Shown here: positions 40,631-51,280 of the stretch, in pieces | Layout of the letters: each line of letters begins with the position of its first letter | Numbering within the stretch: position 1 is the stretch's first letter | NCBI GenBank assembly: GCA_965243165.1 | Contig: OZ251535.1 | Location: 2,810,797 to 2,874,796 of the forward strand | Source: Candidatus Spongiisociaceae bacterium | GTDB taxonomy: Bacteria > Actinomycetota > Acidimicrobiia > Spongiisociales > Spongiisociaceae | Direction of reading: 5' to 3' | DNA length: 64,000 nucleotides | Notes under the pieces: generated by a model | What the model saw: only the letters and a program-made list of their open reading frames with translations | Told to the model about the DNA's origin: nothing | Database searches by the model: none | Program-made: the position numbers and the translations under genes

Positions 40631-40916
40631 GTACCAGAGAAAGGAGGTGATCCGACTTGTTAGACAGTTCTTGTAGGACCCTGGAGGTGGCCGGGCGCTA
40701 AGCGGCCGCTGGCTGCTTTCCGGGGAAGGCCCCTATCGGCCCCCCGGACAGGTGGCGACTCCAACTCGGACCACCCGATCTCCCTGTCCGCATGTTGGTC
40801 CTCATGCGGCGCCGGCGAAGAGGGCAGACAGCCCCCGGCGAAGTACAGGCCTGATCGAACGATCTCTGAAAGTCGACTCGAGTCCGGGGCTCCCAACGGG
40901 GCCCCGGATTCTTTTT
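40631..40916 (+). ncRNA. Putative structured small RNA with 14-codon ORF
   Basis: TTGCCG-N18-TAACAT promoter, several stems, terminator with U-run; family not recognised. Confidence 0.6.
40883..40916 (+). terminator. Rho-independent terminator
   Basis: TCCGGGGCTCCC-AAC-GGGGCCCCGGA then TTCTTTTT. Confidence 0.8.
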
Positions 40917-40945
40917 CGGCGCGGCGGGCCCGCCCCCGCTCTCCG

Positions 40946-41899
40946 TTACGGCCCGCCCAAGCCGTGGCGGGCCAGGTATTCGTCGTTCCAGATCTTCGAC
41001 AGGTATCCCCGCCCCGAATCGGGCAGCAGCACCACCACCAGTTTGGATTCGTCCTCGGCGGCCGCTTCGAGGGCGGCGTGGAGGGCCATCCCGGCGGACC
41101 CTCCGGCGAGGATGCCCTCGGTGCGGGCCAGCCGCCGGGCCATGGCGAAGGACTGCCGGTCGTTCACCATCACATAACGGTCCACCACCCCCGGATCGAA
41201 GGTCTCAGGCCAGAAGTCCTCCCCCACCCCCTCCACCTTGTATTGGTGGACCTCGTCCTCGGAGGGGGCGGTGAAGATGGATCCTTCGGGGTCGGCGCCC
41301 ACCACCTCCACCCCCGGTTTGCGTTCCTTCAGATAACGGCCCGCCCCGCTGATGGTGCCGCCCGTCCCCACCCCGGCCGCGAAGACGTCCAACTCCCCTC
41401 CGGTCTGCTCCCAGATCTCCGGGCCGGTGGTCAGGTAGTGGGCTTCGGGGTTGGCCGGATTGGAATACTGGTCGGGGAGGTAGGCCCCTTCGATCTCGGC
41501 GGCCAGGCGGCGCGCCGCCCCGTAGTAGGAATCCTCGTCCTCGGGCAGCAGGTCGGTGGGGGTAACGATCACCTCCGCCCCGTAGGCCTCCAAGAGGGCG
41601 ATCTTCTCGGTAGAAACCTTGTCGGGAACGGTGCATATCACCCGGTAACCCCGCACCGCCCCCGCCATTGCCAGACCGGCCCCGGTGTTGCCGGAGGTGG
41701 GCTCGACGATCGTACCGCCCTCCCGCAGCAGGCCCATCCGCTCAGCCCGGTCGATCATGGCAACTCCGATCCGGTCCTTGACCGACCCGGCCGGATTCAG
41801 AAAGTCGAGTTTGGCGGCCAGGTTGCCCGCCGGATGGAGCCGCCCCAACCTGACGACCGGCGTCCCCCCGACTGCCGCCGTTGCGCTTTCATAGATCAT
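40946..41899 (-). CDS. Cystathionine beta-synthase / cysteine synthase family PLP enzyme
   Basis: NPAGSVKDRIG, EPTSGNTG, GVGTGGT, VEGVGEDF, PDSGRGYLSK. Confidence 0.92.
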   Translation of the reverse strand: MIYESATAAVGGTPVVRLGRLHPAGNLAAKLDFLNPAGSVKDRIGVAMIDRAERMGLLREGGTIVEPTSGNTGAGLAMAGAVRGYRVICTVPDKVSTEKIALLEAYGAEVIVTPTDLLPEDEDSYYGAARRLAAEIEGAYLPDQYSNPANPEAHYLTTGPEIWEQTGGELDVFAAGVGTGGTISGAGRYLKERKPGVEVVGADPEGSIFTAPSEDEVHQYKVEGVGEDFWPETFDPGVVDRYVMVNDRQSFAMARRLARTEGILAGGSAGMALHAALEAAAEDESKLVVVLLPDSGRGYLSKIWNDEYLARHGLGGP

Positions 41900-41927
41900 G
41901 GGCACACAGGGTAGACGGCCGGGGAGC

Positions 41928-43952
41928 TCACAGTTGGGAGACCATGGCCTGATAGTCGTCGACCGGGCGGAGGCACACCCCCCGCTCGCAGACATAGGCC
42001 TTGGTCTCGTCGGGATGGAAACGTCCGGCCAGCAGGGGGACCGCTTCGGCGGCGGCGGGGCCGGCGGCGGCGGCCACTATCACGTTGGGCCGGTACTCCC
42101 CCGCCAGACGGGAAGCCCAGTCGAGGGCGTCCGGGCCGGTGATCGCCGCCTCCTTGTAACCCGCTCCGGCGGCGGCCAGCACCGCCAGCAGATGGCCGAC
42201 CGCGCCGGGAGCGGCTTCTATCAGGCGGGCGGCCGCCTTGACGATCTGCTCATAGCGGTCGTAGTAGGAGAAGTCGCCGGTCAGATGGGCGGCCAGCACG
42301 AAGCACTCGGCGGCCAGCGACGCCCCCGAGGCGCTGGGGTTGTCCTGCTGATCGGGCGGTCGCACCACCAACTCGGAGACGTCGGCGGCGCTGGCGAACA
42401 CCACCCCCTGAGGCCCGCCGAAATGGGGTTCCAGCAGGTCGACGAGGCCGAGCGCCGCCTCGAACCATTCCGTTTCTCCGGTGGCCTGGTACAGCTCGAG
42501 CAGACCCAAGGCGTAGGAAGCGTGGTCGTCCAAAAACCCAACCACCGGGGACAGGCCGTTGCTCCAGGTACGCGCCAACCGCCCGTCGGGGCGGCGCATC
42601 TCGCCCAGCACGAACCGGGCGTTGGCGCGGGCCGCCTCCAGATAGCGCCCCTCTCCCAATGCCGCGCCGGCCGCGGCCAGGGCCCGCACCGCCAAGCCGT
42701 TCCAGGCCGTGACTATCTTGTGGTCCAAGCCCGGCCGGATCCTCTCCGCCCGGCGCTCCAGCAACCGGGCCGCGGCCCGCCCGACGGCGGCTGATGCTTC
42801 CTCGTCCGACATGCCGAACCGCTCCGCGACCAGATCCATCGGCAGGGCGGCCGATAGAACGTTGGCCCCCTCGAAGTTGCCGCCCGGAGTAACCCCGAAG
42901 TAGGCGGCCGCCGCCGGCCCGTCTTCCGGGCCCGCCGCCTCATGGAACTCCTCGTGGGTAAAAACGTAGAACTTGCCTTCCTCGCCTTCGGAGTCGGCGT
43001 CCTCGGCCGCGTAGAAACCCCCGCCGGGGTGGGCGAGGTCGCGCAGTATGTATTCGAGGGCCTCCACCGCCGCCCGGCGGTAGAGCGGATCGCCGGCCGC
43101 CTGCCAGGCCCGCAGGTAGAGCCGGGCCAGGTCGGCGTTGTCGTAGAGCATCTTCTCGAAATGGGGCACCAGCCAGATCCGGTCCACTGCGTAGCGGGCG
43201 AAACCGCCGCCCAAGTGGTCGCGAATTCCCCCCCTGGCCATGCGGGTGAGGGTGTTGGCCGTCATGGCGGCGGCGTCGGGCGCCCAAGGCAGGCCGGCGA
43301 TCCGGGTCAGAAACTCCAGAACCGGCGCCTGCGGGAACTTGGGCGCACCGCCGAACCCGCCGTGCTCTCGGTCGAACCGGCGGACGAGGGCGCGGTAGGC
43401 CTGCTCGACCCGCCTTTGGCCGGGCGCCTCCTCGGCGGGGGGCAGAACCGCCCCGATAACCCTGGTCAACTGGGCCGCTTGGCCGAGCACGTCCTCCCGC
43501 CTGTTCTCCCAGGCGTGGTGGATGGCCTCCAAGACCCGCCGGAAACCGGGCATCCCGCCGCGCTCCGCCTTCGGGAAATAGGCGCCGGCGAAGAACGGCT
43601 CGCCCGCCGGGGTGAGGAACACGGTCATCGGCCAACCGCCCCGCCCGCTCATGGCGTTGACCGCATCCATGTATATGGAATCGACGTCGGGGCGCTCCTC
43701 CCGGTCGACCTTCACCGACACGAAGCGCCGGTTGAGGAACCGGGCGGTCTCCTCGTCCTCGAAGGACTCCTTTTCCATCACATGGCACCAGTGGCAGGTG
43801 GAGTATCCCACCGAGAGCATGATCGGGCGGTCGGTGCGCCTCGCCTCGGCGAACGCCTCCTCCCCCCAGGGATACCAGTCCACGGGGTTGCCCCGATGCT
43901 GGATCAGGTAGGGAGAGAGGCCCCGAAGGCCGAGGTCCCTCAACAAAGGCAT
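41928..43952 (-). CDS. YyaL/SSP411-like thioredoxin-domain protein
   Basis: [39 protein letters not shown]. Confidence 0.92.
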   Translation of the reverse strand: MPLLRDLGLRGLSPYLIQHRGNPVDWYPWGEEAFAEARRTDRPIMLSVGYSTCHWCHVMEKESFEDEETARFLNRRFVSVKVDREERPDVDSIYMDAVNAMSGRGGWPMTVFLTPAGEPFFAGAYFPKAERGGMPGFRRVLEAIHHAWENRREDVLGQAAQLTRVIGAVLPPAEEAPGQRRVEQAYRALVRRFDREHGGFGGAPKFPQAPVLEFLTRIAGLPWAPDAAAMTANTLTRMARGGIRDHLGGGFARYAVDRIWLVPHFEKMLYDNADLARLYLRAWQAAGDPLYRRAAVEALEYILRDLAHPGGGFYAAEDADSEGEEGKFYVFTHEEFHEAAGPEDGPAAAAYFGVTPGGNFEGANVLSAALPMDLVAERFGMSDEEASAAVGRAAARLLERRAERIRPGLDHKIVTAWNGLAVRALAAAGAALGEGRYLEAARANARFVLGEMRRPDGRLARTWSNGLSPVVGFLDDHASYALGLLELYQATGETEWFEAALGLVDLLEPHFGGPQGVVFASAADVSELVVRPPDQQDNPSASGASLAAECFVLAAHLTGDFSYYDRYEQIVKAAARLIEAAPGAVGHLLAVLAAAGAGYKEAAITGPDALDWASRLAGEYRPNVIVAAAAGPAAAEAVPLLAGRFHPDETKAYVCERGVCLRPVDDYQAMVSQL

Positions 43953-44350
43953 AGCTGTGCGGAAAACAGGCGGATGGAAGGCTCCCGGGATCGACCGCGG
44001 GAATGCTACCCGCCCCCTCACCGTGCGAATACGGACGAGGGAAGCCGGCGGGCCGCAGAAATATCGGGAATAAACCCCGCCATGCAAACGTTTCCAGTTG
44101 ATGTACGGCCTCGACGCGGCAACGGTTCGGATGACGTATCATTGCCCGGCGGCGTCCGCTTCCGCCCCGCTTTCGCCGGCGGGAGGGTACGCTGTGCCGA
44201 TCAGAGCGGCAGGGCAGCCGGGCGCAACTGCGCGCCTTTGCCCCGCGGGAGAGCCCGGCGTTCTGATGAGAGGGAGACCGTGAGGTGAGCCGCCCTACGG
44301 CGGCCGCAGCCCGAAGAGGCATACTTGGTCGAGATGATGGAGGGACTCGC

Positions 44351-45364
44351 ATGGTGGTGGCCAACCGGACGATACGCAGGAAGCCCGCAGCGCCCGCCGA
44401 CGCCCGCGCCAAACGCGAGCGGGATCGCAACCGCAGCAAACTGACCGACGAACGGGGCCGGCTGACCACCGACCTGGTAAGCCAGTACCTGGCTGCAATC
44501 GGTGAATACGACCTGCTCAACGCCGAGCAGGAAGTAGAGCTGGCCCAGAGGATCGAGGCCGGGCACGAAGCCGCCGAACGCCTCGAACAGGAAGACTTCA
44601 AGAACATCAAGGAGCGCATCTCCCTGGAGAGGAAGCGCAACCGGGGGCGGGAGGCCAAGGACACCTTCCTGACCGCCAACCTGCGCCTCGTGGTCTCCAA
44701 CGCCCGCCGCTACGCCAACACTTCCGGCATCGATTTCCTCGACCTGATCCAGGAAGGCAACCTGGGCCTGATCCGGGCGGTGGAGAAGTTCGACTGGCGC
44801 AAGGGCTTCAAGTTCTCCACCTACGCCACCTGGTGGATCCGCCAGGCCATCACCCGCGCCATCGCCGACAAGTCCCGCACGGTGCGCATCCCGGTGCACC
44901 TCCACGACACCCTGGCGGCGGTGAGAGCCGCCCAGGCCAGCCTGAAGGCCGACAACGGCAAGGACCCCAAGCCGGCGGAGATCGCCGAGGAAGCGGGCGT
45001 AACCCTCGACAAGGTGGAGCTGGCGCTGAGCGTCTCCGACACGGCGTCTCTCGAGAGGCCGGTCGGGGAGGACGGAGCCCAGCTCGGTGATTTCATCGAG
45101 GACAAAGACGCCGCCGATCCGGTGCGCTGCACCGAGGACAGCGACGTCGCCGATTCCCTGTACCGGTCGATCAAGCGCCTCCCCGTCCGCGAGGGGACCA
45201 TCCTGGAGATGCGTTACGGGTTCGCCGACGGCATCCCCCGCACCCTCGAGGAGATCGGGGAACATTTCCAACTGACCCGCGAGCGCATCCGCCAGCTCGA
45301 GAAGCTGGCCCTGTGCCGGCTGCGGCACCCCTCCTTCGGCATCCGGGAACAAGAACTCATCTGA
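44351..45364 (+). CDS. Sigma-70 family RNA polymerase sigma factor (RpoD/SigB-like, no region 1.1)
   Basis: [49 protein letters not shown]. Confidence 0.95.
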   Translation: MVVANRTIRRKPAAPADARAKRERDRNRSKLTDERGRLTTDLVSQYLAAIGEYDLLNAEQEVELAQRIEAGHEAAERLEQEDFKNIKERISLERKRNRGREAKDTFLTANLRLVVSNARRYANTSGIDFLDLIQEGNLGLIRAVEKFDWRKGFKFSTYATWWIRQAITRAIADKSRTVRIPVHLHDTLAAVRAAQASLKADNGKDPKPAEIAEEAGVTLDKVELALSVSDTASLERPVGEDGAQLGDFIEDKDAADPVRCTEDSDVADSLYRSIKRLPVREGTILEMRYGFADGIPRTLEEIGEHFQLTRERIRQLEKLALCRLRHPSFGIREQELI

Positions 45365-45440
45365 TCCGCCCCCGTTCAGGCCCCGGCGCATCCGCCAGGC
45401 AACCGGATCGCGTTGCAGCGATGTCAGAGAGGGAGATGCG

Positions 45441-45673
45441 GTGATCGTCGACGTTTACGAGGCAAAGACCAACTTCTCGAAACTCTTGGACCGGGTGGTC
45501 GACGGGGAGGAAATCGTGATCGGGCGGGCGGGCAAGCCGCTGGCCCGCCTGGTTCCCTTTCGACCCAAGAGGGAGCCCCGTATACCAGGTGAGCTCGCGG
45601 GGCGGATCCACATGGAGGAAGACTTCACGCCGCACCTGACTGGTTGCTCGATGCTTTCGAGGGCAACGGGTGA
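45441..45673 (+). pseudogene. Phd/YefM antitoxin, frameshifted near 45627
   Basis: VYEAKTNFSKLLDRV..GEEIVIGRAGKPLARLVP; adding one base restores EDFDAAPDWLLDAFEGNG*. Confidence 0.75.
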
Positions 45674-45711
45674 AACTGCTGCTCGACACCAAAGAACTCA
45701 TGATGCCCTGA
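45670..45711 (+). pseudogene. VapC toxin N-terminal remnant (MKLLLDT)
   Basis: GTG overlaps the antitoxin stop; reading frame stops after 13 codons. Confidence 0.7.
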
Positions 45712-45715
45712 GGCG

Positions 45716-47131
45716 TCACCCGCCTTCGTACACCTCTCCTTGGGGGAAGAAGGCGCCCCAGACGAACCAGAACTCGTTGCGGTGGACGGCCAGCTGCAGG
45801 CGGGTTCCGGCCAGGGGGCCGCTCACGGCCTCGCCCAGAAGCGTCCACGTCGAAGAGGTTTCCGCGTCCCGAAACACCTCGCCTTCTTTGGTGAAGGTGA
45901 GCTCTCGGCCGTCCGCGGTGCGGAGGTAGGCCACCCCGGTTCCGATCGGCCGCCCTTCGCTCACCGCCCGGGTGTCGAGGGCGTCGGCCGTGTCACCGCC
46001 CCAGAAGACGGCGACGGGTACGCCGCCCACCGCGTCGTTGACCGCCCCGGCCTCCGAAATTACCGGGAAGGGGTAGGCGGCGGCCTCCCCGCCCTCGGTC
46101 ACCCCCACCACCCTCTCCAGGGCCGGATAGCGGGGGTCTATCTCACCGGTGTAGAAGCCGTAGGGAACGGAGCGGGTCGAGTAGCCCACATAGGGGTTGG
46201 AGTCGTGGGGCGAGGGAAACTCCCCGCCCCCGGTCAGCACCGGCCCTTCGGGGTAGGAGGCGGCGAACTCCCCGAAGGAGACGATGGCGGTGGGCACCGG
46301 GGTGAGCACCTCTCCGGCGGCGGCCCCGACCACGGCCTCGCCTGTCACCTGCTGCCACAAGGAGACGGTCCCGTCGTCCCACATCACCAGATCCGAGTTG
46401 CGGAGCAGGCCGGAGACGCCGAAGCGGAGGGTCTGCCCCCCGACCCGCCGGTCGAAGGTCAGGGCGGTGTTGCACAGCGGGCAGTAGGTAACCGCCACCG
46501 GCACATCCCCTATCCGGTCGTTGACTATCTCATGGCGGTGGAGGATGCCCAGCGGGTAGAAACGGGCCTCCCCTCCCAGCACGGCCAGAACGCCCGGCGA
46601 CCGGTCCTCCATCCATTCGGAAGCCGCCGAAGCGGGCTGGAACACCGGATCGTCGATGGGCGGGATGCCGTCCCGCGGATCCACGATCTGCAAGCCCAGC
46701 AGGAGCTCCCCCAGGTCGATGGTGCGGCGGCTCCAGTCGGTAGGCCACGGCTCGGTGGCCTGGCGCACCAGAGGGTCCATCCCTTCTTTGGGGTCGGACG
46801 CAGGAGCGGCGGCCGAAGTATCCGGCGTTTCCTCCCCGGCGGACGGCGCCGGAGGTTCCGCTTCCGAGGCGGCTGCCCCGCCGCCGGACTCCGCCTCTGC
46901 CGGAGAAGAAGAAGCCGAAGAAGACACCGCAGACGAGGAGGCCTGGGCAACTGAGGACGCAACCGTTTCGGAATCCGCCTCCGTCGGTCTGCTGTCCGCA
47001 GCAGGGGCGGACGAAGACGGCAAAGCAGAGGTGGGGTCGGCTGGCCGGGTGTCAGAACCGCCGCAGGCCGCGGCCGACACCGCCAACGCAGCCAGCACCG
47101 CACGCGCGCGGAACCAAACCAGGCGGGTCAT
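45716..47131 (-). CDS. DUF3179-domain lipoprotein
   Basis: Lipobox SAAAC, RDGIPPIDDP, HEIVND, TYCPLC, FGVSGLLRNSDLVMWD. Confidence 0.88.
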   Translation of the reverse strand: MTRLVWFRARAVLAALAVSAAACGGSDTRPADPTSALPSSSAPAADSRPTEADSETVASSVAQASSSAVSSSASSSPAEAESGGGAAASEAEPPAPSAGEETPDTSAAAPASDPKEGMDPLVRQATEPWPTDWSRRTIDLGELLLGLQIVDPRDGIPPIDDPVFQPASAASEWMEDRSPGVLAVLGGEARFYPLGILHRHEIVNDRIGDVPVAVTYCPLCNTALTFDRRVGGQTLRFGVSGLLRNSDLVMWDDGTVSLWQQVTGEAVVGAAAGEVLTPVPTAIVSFGEFAASYPEGPVLTGGGEFPSPHDSNPYVGYSTRSVPYGFYTGEIDPRYPALERVVGVTEGGEAAAYPFPVISEAGAVNDAVGGVPVAVFWGGDTADALDTRAVSEGRPIGTGVAYLRTADGRELTFTKEGEVFRDAETSSTWTLLGEAVSGPLAGTRLQLAVHRNEFWFVWGAFFPQGEVYEGG

Positions 47132-47445
47132 GCGTGAAACCGTCTGCTTACACACCCGTAAAGCACCGACCCTCCTCGATTGCCGGGGCGGAGGAACCCT
47201 TACCCGGCCCGGGGCGGGCGGTGCGTCCTCCGGCTGGGTGAAGGGTAGTCACGGGCGGCGGTTGCGAACCGTCAGAAGACGGCGCCGAAGCGCCCGAGCG
47301 CCCGCCGGCGGGGTTGTTTCTTACGCCGGTCGGGGAGCAACCGCGGAAGACGGCACTGCAACGCCGGGCCCCGGCTCCTGCAGCGGGCGAGCTCGAGGAC
47401 GCCATCGACGCCGCCCGGAAAAGCAGCGGAACTGGGGTTCGGCCG

Positions 47446-48384
47446 TCAGGGGGCGGCCAGGTAGTTGGAAGCGGCCAGCTCGCCTTCGTCGAAGTCGAAG
47501 ACCCAGGTGGAGCCTTTTTCCAGGCGAAGGTCGGCCGAGCCGCCCAGCAGCGCCCGCAGGGCGGCGGTTACGTTCGGGCGGTGGGAACAGAGCAGCCTCA
47601 CCCCGCCGGGCCGCTCCGCCAACAGGGCCTCGACCTGCTCCGGCCCCGCCTCCTCCCACAGTTCCTCCCTGATCTCAGGGGTGAGGCGGCGGGCTTCGGC
47701 CAGCGGGGCGGCGGTCTGGCGGCAGCGGGCGGCGCGGCTGGTGAGGATGGCGTCGATCGGGAACCCTTCGAGCCGGCCGACGATCGCCTCCGCCTGCCGC
47801 CGCCCCCGCTCGGAAAGAGGCCGGAGCGAGTCGTCGCCCCCCCATTCGGACCGCGACCCGGCTTTGGCGTGGCGGGTCAGCAGGAGGCGGTCGGCGGGGC
47901 TGGTCCATCCGTTCCGCATACCGGCCACCAGCTCCTGCTCGGTCTCATAGGTCAGGTGCTCGGCCAAGCCCCCCTCGGGCTCCCACCGGACGCCGTCCAC
48001 TTCGCCGCAGGCGGCTTCGGCGAAGGCGGCGCCTTCGGCCCTCATCGCCCAGTAGTGCACCTCCTTGCGGCGGATCTCCCCGTTGGGGTAGCCGTTCTTG
48101 GCCTCCCCCTCCACCCGCCGGTATTTTCCCCCGTTCTTGGGCTTGCCGTTCCGCTTGTAGTAGGTGATGTTCCCCAGGTACCGGCCGATCACCGGGCGGA
48201 CCCCCGTCTCCTCGACGACCTCCCGCCGGGCGCACTCGACCAAGCTCTCGCCGGCGTCGAGCTTCCCCTTGGGAAAGGTCCAATCCCGGTAGGCGGGGCG
48301 GTGCACGAGAAGCACTTCGATCCCCTGCTTGCCGGTTCTCCACACCACCCCGCCGGCGGCTTGTTCTACACGGAGACCGGTCAT
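47446..48384 (-). CDS. NUDIX hydrolase plus histidine-phosphatase domain (MutT1-like)
   Basis: HRPAYRDWTFPKGK..REVVEETG Nudix box; RHAKAG phosphatase motif. Confidence 0.88.
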   Translation of the reverse strand: MTGLRVEQAAGGVVWRTGKQGIEVLLVHRPAYRDWTFPKGKLDAGESLVECARREVVEETGVRPVIGRYLGNITYYKRNGKPKNGGKYRRVEGEAKNGYPNGEIRRKEVHYWAMRAEGAAFAEAACGEVDGVRWEPEGGLAEHLTYETEQELVAGMRNGWTSPADRLLLTRHAKAGSRSEWGGDDSLRPLSERGRRQAEAIVGRLEGFPIDAILTSRAARCRQTAAPLAEARRLTPEIREELWEEAGPEQVEALLAERPGGVRLLCSHRPNVTAALRALLGGSADLRLEKGSTWVFDFDEGELAASNYLAAP

Positions 48385-48493
48385 GGACGCGTCGAGGACG
48401 TGCGGTCGGTCATCAGAATGCGGTCCATGATAGAGCGCGGCGGCGGATATCCCCGCCTTCAGGAAACACCGGGCGGGGCTCGGAAGGCGGGGC

Positions 48494-49048
48494 TCAGAGC
48501 ACCCCGGCGTTCTTCAGCCGAGCCAGCTCCTCGACCGCCTCGGATGGGGTGTCCACCAGGGAGACCAGGCCCGGTTCGGCCCCCAGATCGCCCGTGAGCC
48601 GTACCACCAGCTCCTCCCACCGGCCCCGGAAGGCGATCACCGGGCGGGGAGGAGCGCCGCGCCGGGCGGCGAGCACCGCATCGTTCCAGACCACGGCCAG
48701 TTCGGTGAAGGTGCCGATGGTCCCCGCCCACACGACCGCCGCGCACGACATCTCCCACATGACGTGGATCCGCTCGGTGAGGCTTCCGGCGGCGATCTCC
48801 TCGGTCAGGAACCGGTTGCCCCCCGCTCTCACGGGGAAGAGAGAGGGAGCGGTCACCCCCACCGCCCGGCCGCCCGCCCCCGCCGCCCCGGCCGACACGG
48901 CTTCCATCAACCCGGCGTAGCCGCCGTTGACGACCCCGAACCCGGCCTCGGCCAGCAGGCGCCCCAGCTCCACCCCCTGCTCGTAGAGGCCGTCTCCGGG
49001 GACGGCCCTCGAAGAACCGAATACGGCCGCGAACCTGTCCTGTTCCAT
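48494..49048 (-). CDS. LOG family nucleotide-binding protein
   Basis: VFGSS, NGGYAGLMEAVS.GA, GTIGTFTEL. Confidence 0.85.
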   Translation of the reverse strand: MEQDRFAAVFGSSRAVPGDGLYEQGVELGRLLAEAGFGVVNGGYAGLMEAVSAGAAGAGGRAVGVTAPSLFPVRAGGNRFLTEEIAAGSLTERIHVMWEMSCAAVVWAGTIGTFTELAVVWNDAVLAARRGAPPRPVIAFRGRWEELVVRLTGDLGAEPGLVSLVDTPSEAVEELARLKNAGVL

Positions 49049-49079
49049 CGGAACCGGAGGCTACACGCCCGGCCCGGCG

Positions 49080-51152
49080 TCAGGCCAGGGTCTCCCTCAC
49101 CGCCGACATGACCCGCTCCGGGGTGATGACGGCGTGATGCTCCACCCCGAACTGCGGCCAGGGGGCGTCGAAGCCGGCCACCCTGACGACGGGGGCCTCC
49201 AAGGCGTAGAGGGCTTCCTCGGCCACAGTCGCCGCCACTTCGGCGGCCATCCCGGCGGTGCGGGGCGGTTCCTGCACCAGCACCAGCCGACCCGTCCTGT
49301 TCACCGACTCGATCACCGCTTCCCGGTCCCAGGGCTTCAGGGTGCGCAGGTCGATCACCTCGCAGTCCACCCCCTCGGCGGCCAGGCCGTCCGCCGCCGC
49401 CAACGCCGTCCGCACCATCCCCCCGTAGGTGACCACCGTTGCGTCCCGCCCCCTCCGGCGGAAACGCGCCCGGCCGATCGGCAGGGTGTAGTAGTCGGCG
49501 GGGACGTCCTCCCGCCCCGCCCGGTACAGGACCTTCGGCTCGAGGAAAAGCACCGGATCGGGGCTCTCCACCGCCGCGGCCAGCAGCCCCTTGGCGTCGG
49601 TCGGGGTGGAAGGGATCACCACCGTCAGGCCGGGGGTGTGGACGAAGTAGGCCTCCGGGCTGTCGCCGTGGAACTCGTGGGGGGCGATGCCGCCGCCGTT
49701 CGGCCAGCGCACCACCAGCGGCAGGGTGACGTTGCTGCGGGTGCGGAACCGGAACCTCGCCATGTGGCTCACGATCTGGTCGAAAGCGGGGTAGACGAAG
49801 CCGTCGAACTGGATCTCGGCCACCGGCTTCGCCCCCCCGACCGCCAGCCCCACCGCCGTTCCGGCGATGCCGGTCTCGCACAAGGGGGTGTCGATGACCC
49901 GCTCGGCGCCGAACTTCTCCAGCAGGCCTTCGGTGATGCGGAACACCCCGCCGGTCATCCCCACGTCCTCGCCCAGCACCACCGCCTCCGGGTGACGATC
50001 CATCACCTCGAACAGGGCGGCGTTGATCGCCTCGGCCATGGTCCAATTCCGGACGGGGCCGTCCGGCAGGCGGTCGCGTCCGATCTCCCACAGCTCATCC
50101 GCCTCCACCGTCGAGGGCCGGGCGCCCTCCCGCCGCAGCGCCGTCCGGTACTGGCCGGCCAAGTCCTTGGGAATCCGCTCGTAGACGTGGCGGACGGCCT
50201 CCTCGCGGGGCGGCTCAGGACGGGCTTCTATCTCCGCCAGGGCCTCGCCGAACGCCGCCGACTCCATCTCCACCTGCTCGTCGATGTCGTCCGACCACAG
50301 CCCCCGGCCTTCCAGAAAACGCCTGAACCGCTCGATCGGGTCCTTGGCGCGCCAGGCCTCCACCTCTTCCTCCGTCCGGTAGAGGGTCGGGTCGTCGGCG
50401 GTGGCGTGAGGGCCGTAGCGGTAGGTGACCGCTTCGATCAGGGTGGGGCCGCCTCCGCCGCGCGCCCGCTCCACCGCTTCCCGGGTTGCGGCGTACACCG
50501 CCAGCGCATCCATCCCGTCCACCTGCACACCGGGCATCCCGTAGGCGGCCGCCTTGCCGGCCAGAGAAGCCGCCGCCGTCTGGCGGCCGACCGGCATGGA
50601 GATGGCCCAGCCGTTGTTGGAACACATGAACACGGTGGGGGCCTTCCACACGCCGGCGAAGTTCATGGCCGAGTGGAAGTCGCTCTCGGAGGTGGCGCCG
50701 TCCCCGAAGTAGGCCACGGTGATCAGGTTCCGGCCCGCCAGCCGGGCGGCGTAGGCGTGGCCCACCGCATGGGGGAGCTGGGTGGCGATCGGGATGGTGT
50801 GGATGTTCATCCGGTACCGGTGGACGTCCCAGTCTCGGTTGGGCAGCCCCCGGTAGTAGGAGAGCATCACCGCCGGGGGCATGCCTCGAGCCAGCTGGAC
50901 GGCGTGCTCCCGGTAGCTGGGGTAGATCCAGTCTTCCGGCCCGACCGCGTAGGCGGAGCCGATCTGGGCGGCTTCCTGGCCGGCGCCGGGCGGGAAGGTG
51001 CCGAGGCGGCCCTGCCGCTGCAGGCTCAGGGCGCGGCGGTCGAAACGGCGGCCCAGCGCCATCAGCCGGTACATCTCGATCAGGTCTTTGTCGTCCAGGC
51101 CGTCCGGCACCTCCCCCGCGAGGCGGCCGGCGGCGTCCAGGATCTGCAGCAC
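49080..51152 (-). CDS. Fused E1 alpha-beta 2-oxoacid (pyruvate/branched-chain) dehydrogenase
   Basis: LQRQGRLG, FGDGATSE..NNGWAIS, then GEDVG..GGVFR, IDLRTL in one ORF. Confidence 0.92.
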   Translation of the reverse strand: MLQILDAAGRLAGEVPDGLDDKDLIEMYRLMALGRRFDRRALSLQRQGRLGTFPPGAGQEAAQIGSAYAVGPEDWIYPSYREHAVQLARGMPPAVMLSYYRGLPNRDWDVHRYRMNIHTIPIATQLPHAVGHAYAARLAGRNLITVAYFGDGATSESDFHSAMNFAGVWKAPTVFMCSNNGWAISMPVGRQTAAASLAGKAAAYGMPGVQVDGMDALAVYAATREAVERARGGGGPTLIEAVTYRYGPHATADDPTLYRTEEEVEAWRAKDPIERFRRFLEGRGLWSDDIDEQVEMESAAFGEALAEIEARPEPPREEAVRHVYERIPKDLAGQYRTALRREGARPSTVEADELWEIGRDRLPDGPVRNWTMAEAINAALFEVMDRHPEAVVLGEDVGMTGGVFRITEGLLEKFGAERVIDTPLCETGIAGTAVGLAVGGAKPVAEIQFDGFVYPAFDQIVSHMARFRFRTRSNVTLPLVVRWPNGGGIAPHEFHGDSPEAYFVHTPGLTVVIPSTPTDAKGLLAAAVESPDPVLFLEPKVLYRAGREDVPADYYTLPIGRARFRRRGRDATVVTYGGMVRTALAAADGLAAEGVDCEVIDLRTLKPWDREAVIESVNRTGRLVLVQEPPRTAGMAAEVAATVAEEALYALEAPVVRVAGFDAPWPQFGVEHHAVITPERVMSAVRETLA

Positions 51153-51280
51153 TTGAGGTTTCCTTCCTCGCCCTCTTCAATATCGTCAGAACGGCCGAGA
51201 GCAACAAGCCCCGGCTCGACAACCAGAGATACTACCACCTCCCCGGCAGGCGTAAGCCGAACAAACTATATCCATGATGC

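Noticed and set aside
40638-40653. 16S rRNA gene fragment on the minus strand
   Set aside because: The match stops after 16 nt and the flanks do not resemble rRNA or ITS.
45716-47131. DUF3179 as a second selenoprotein
   Set aside because: Motif is CPLC with no in-frame TGA.
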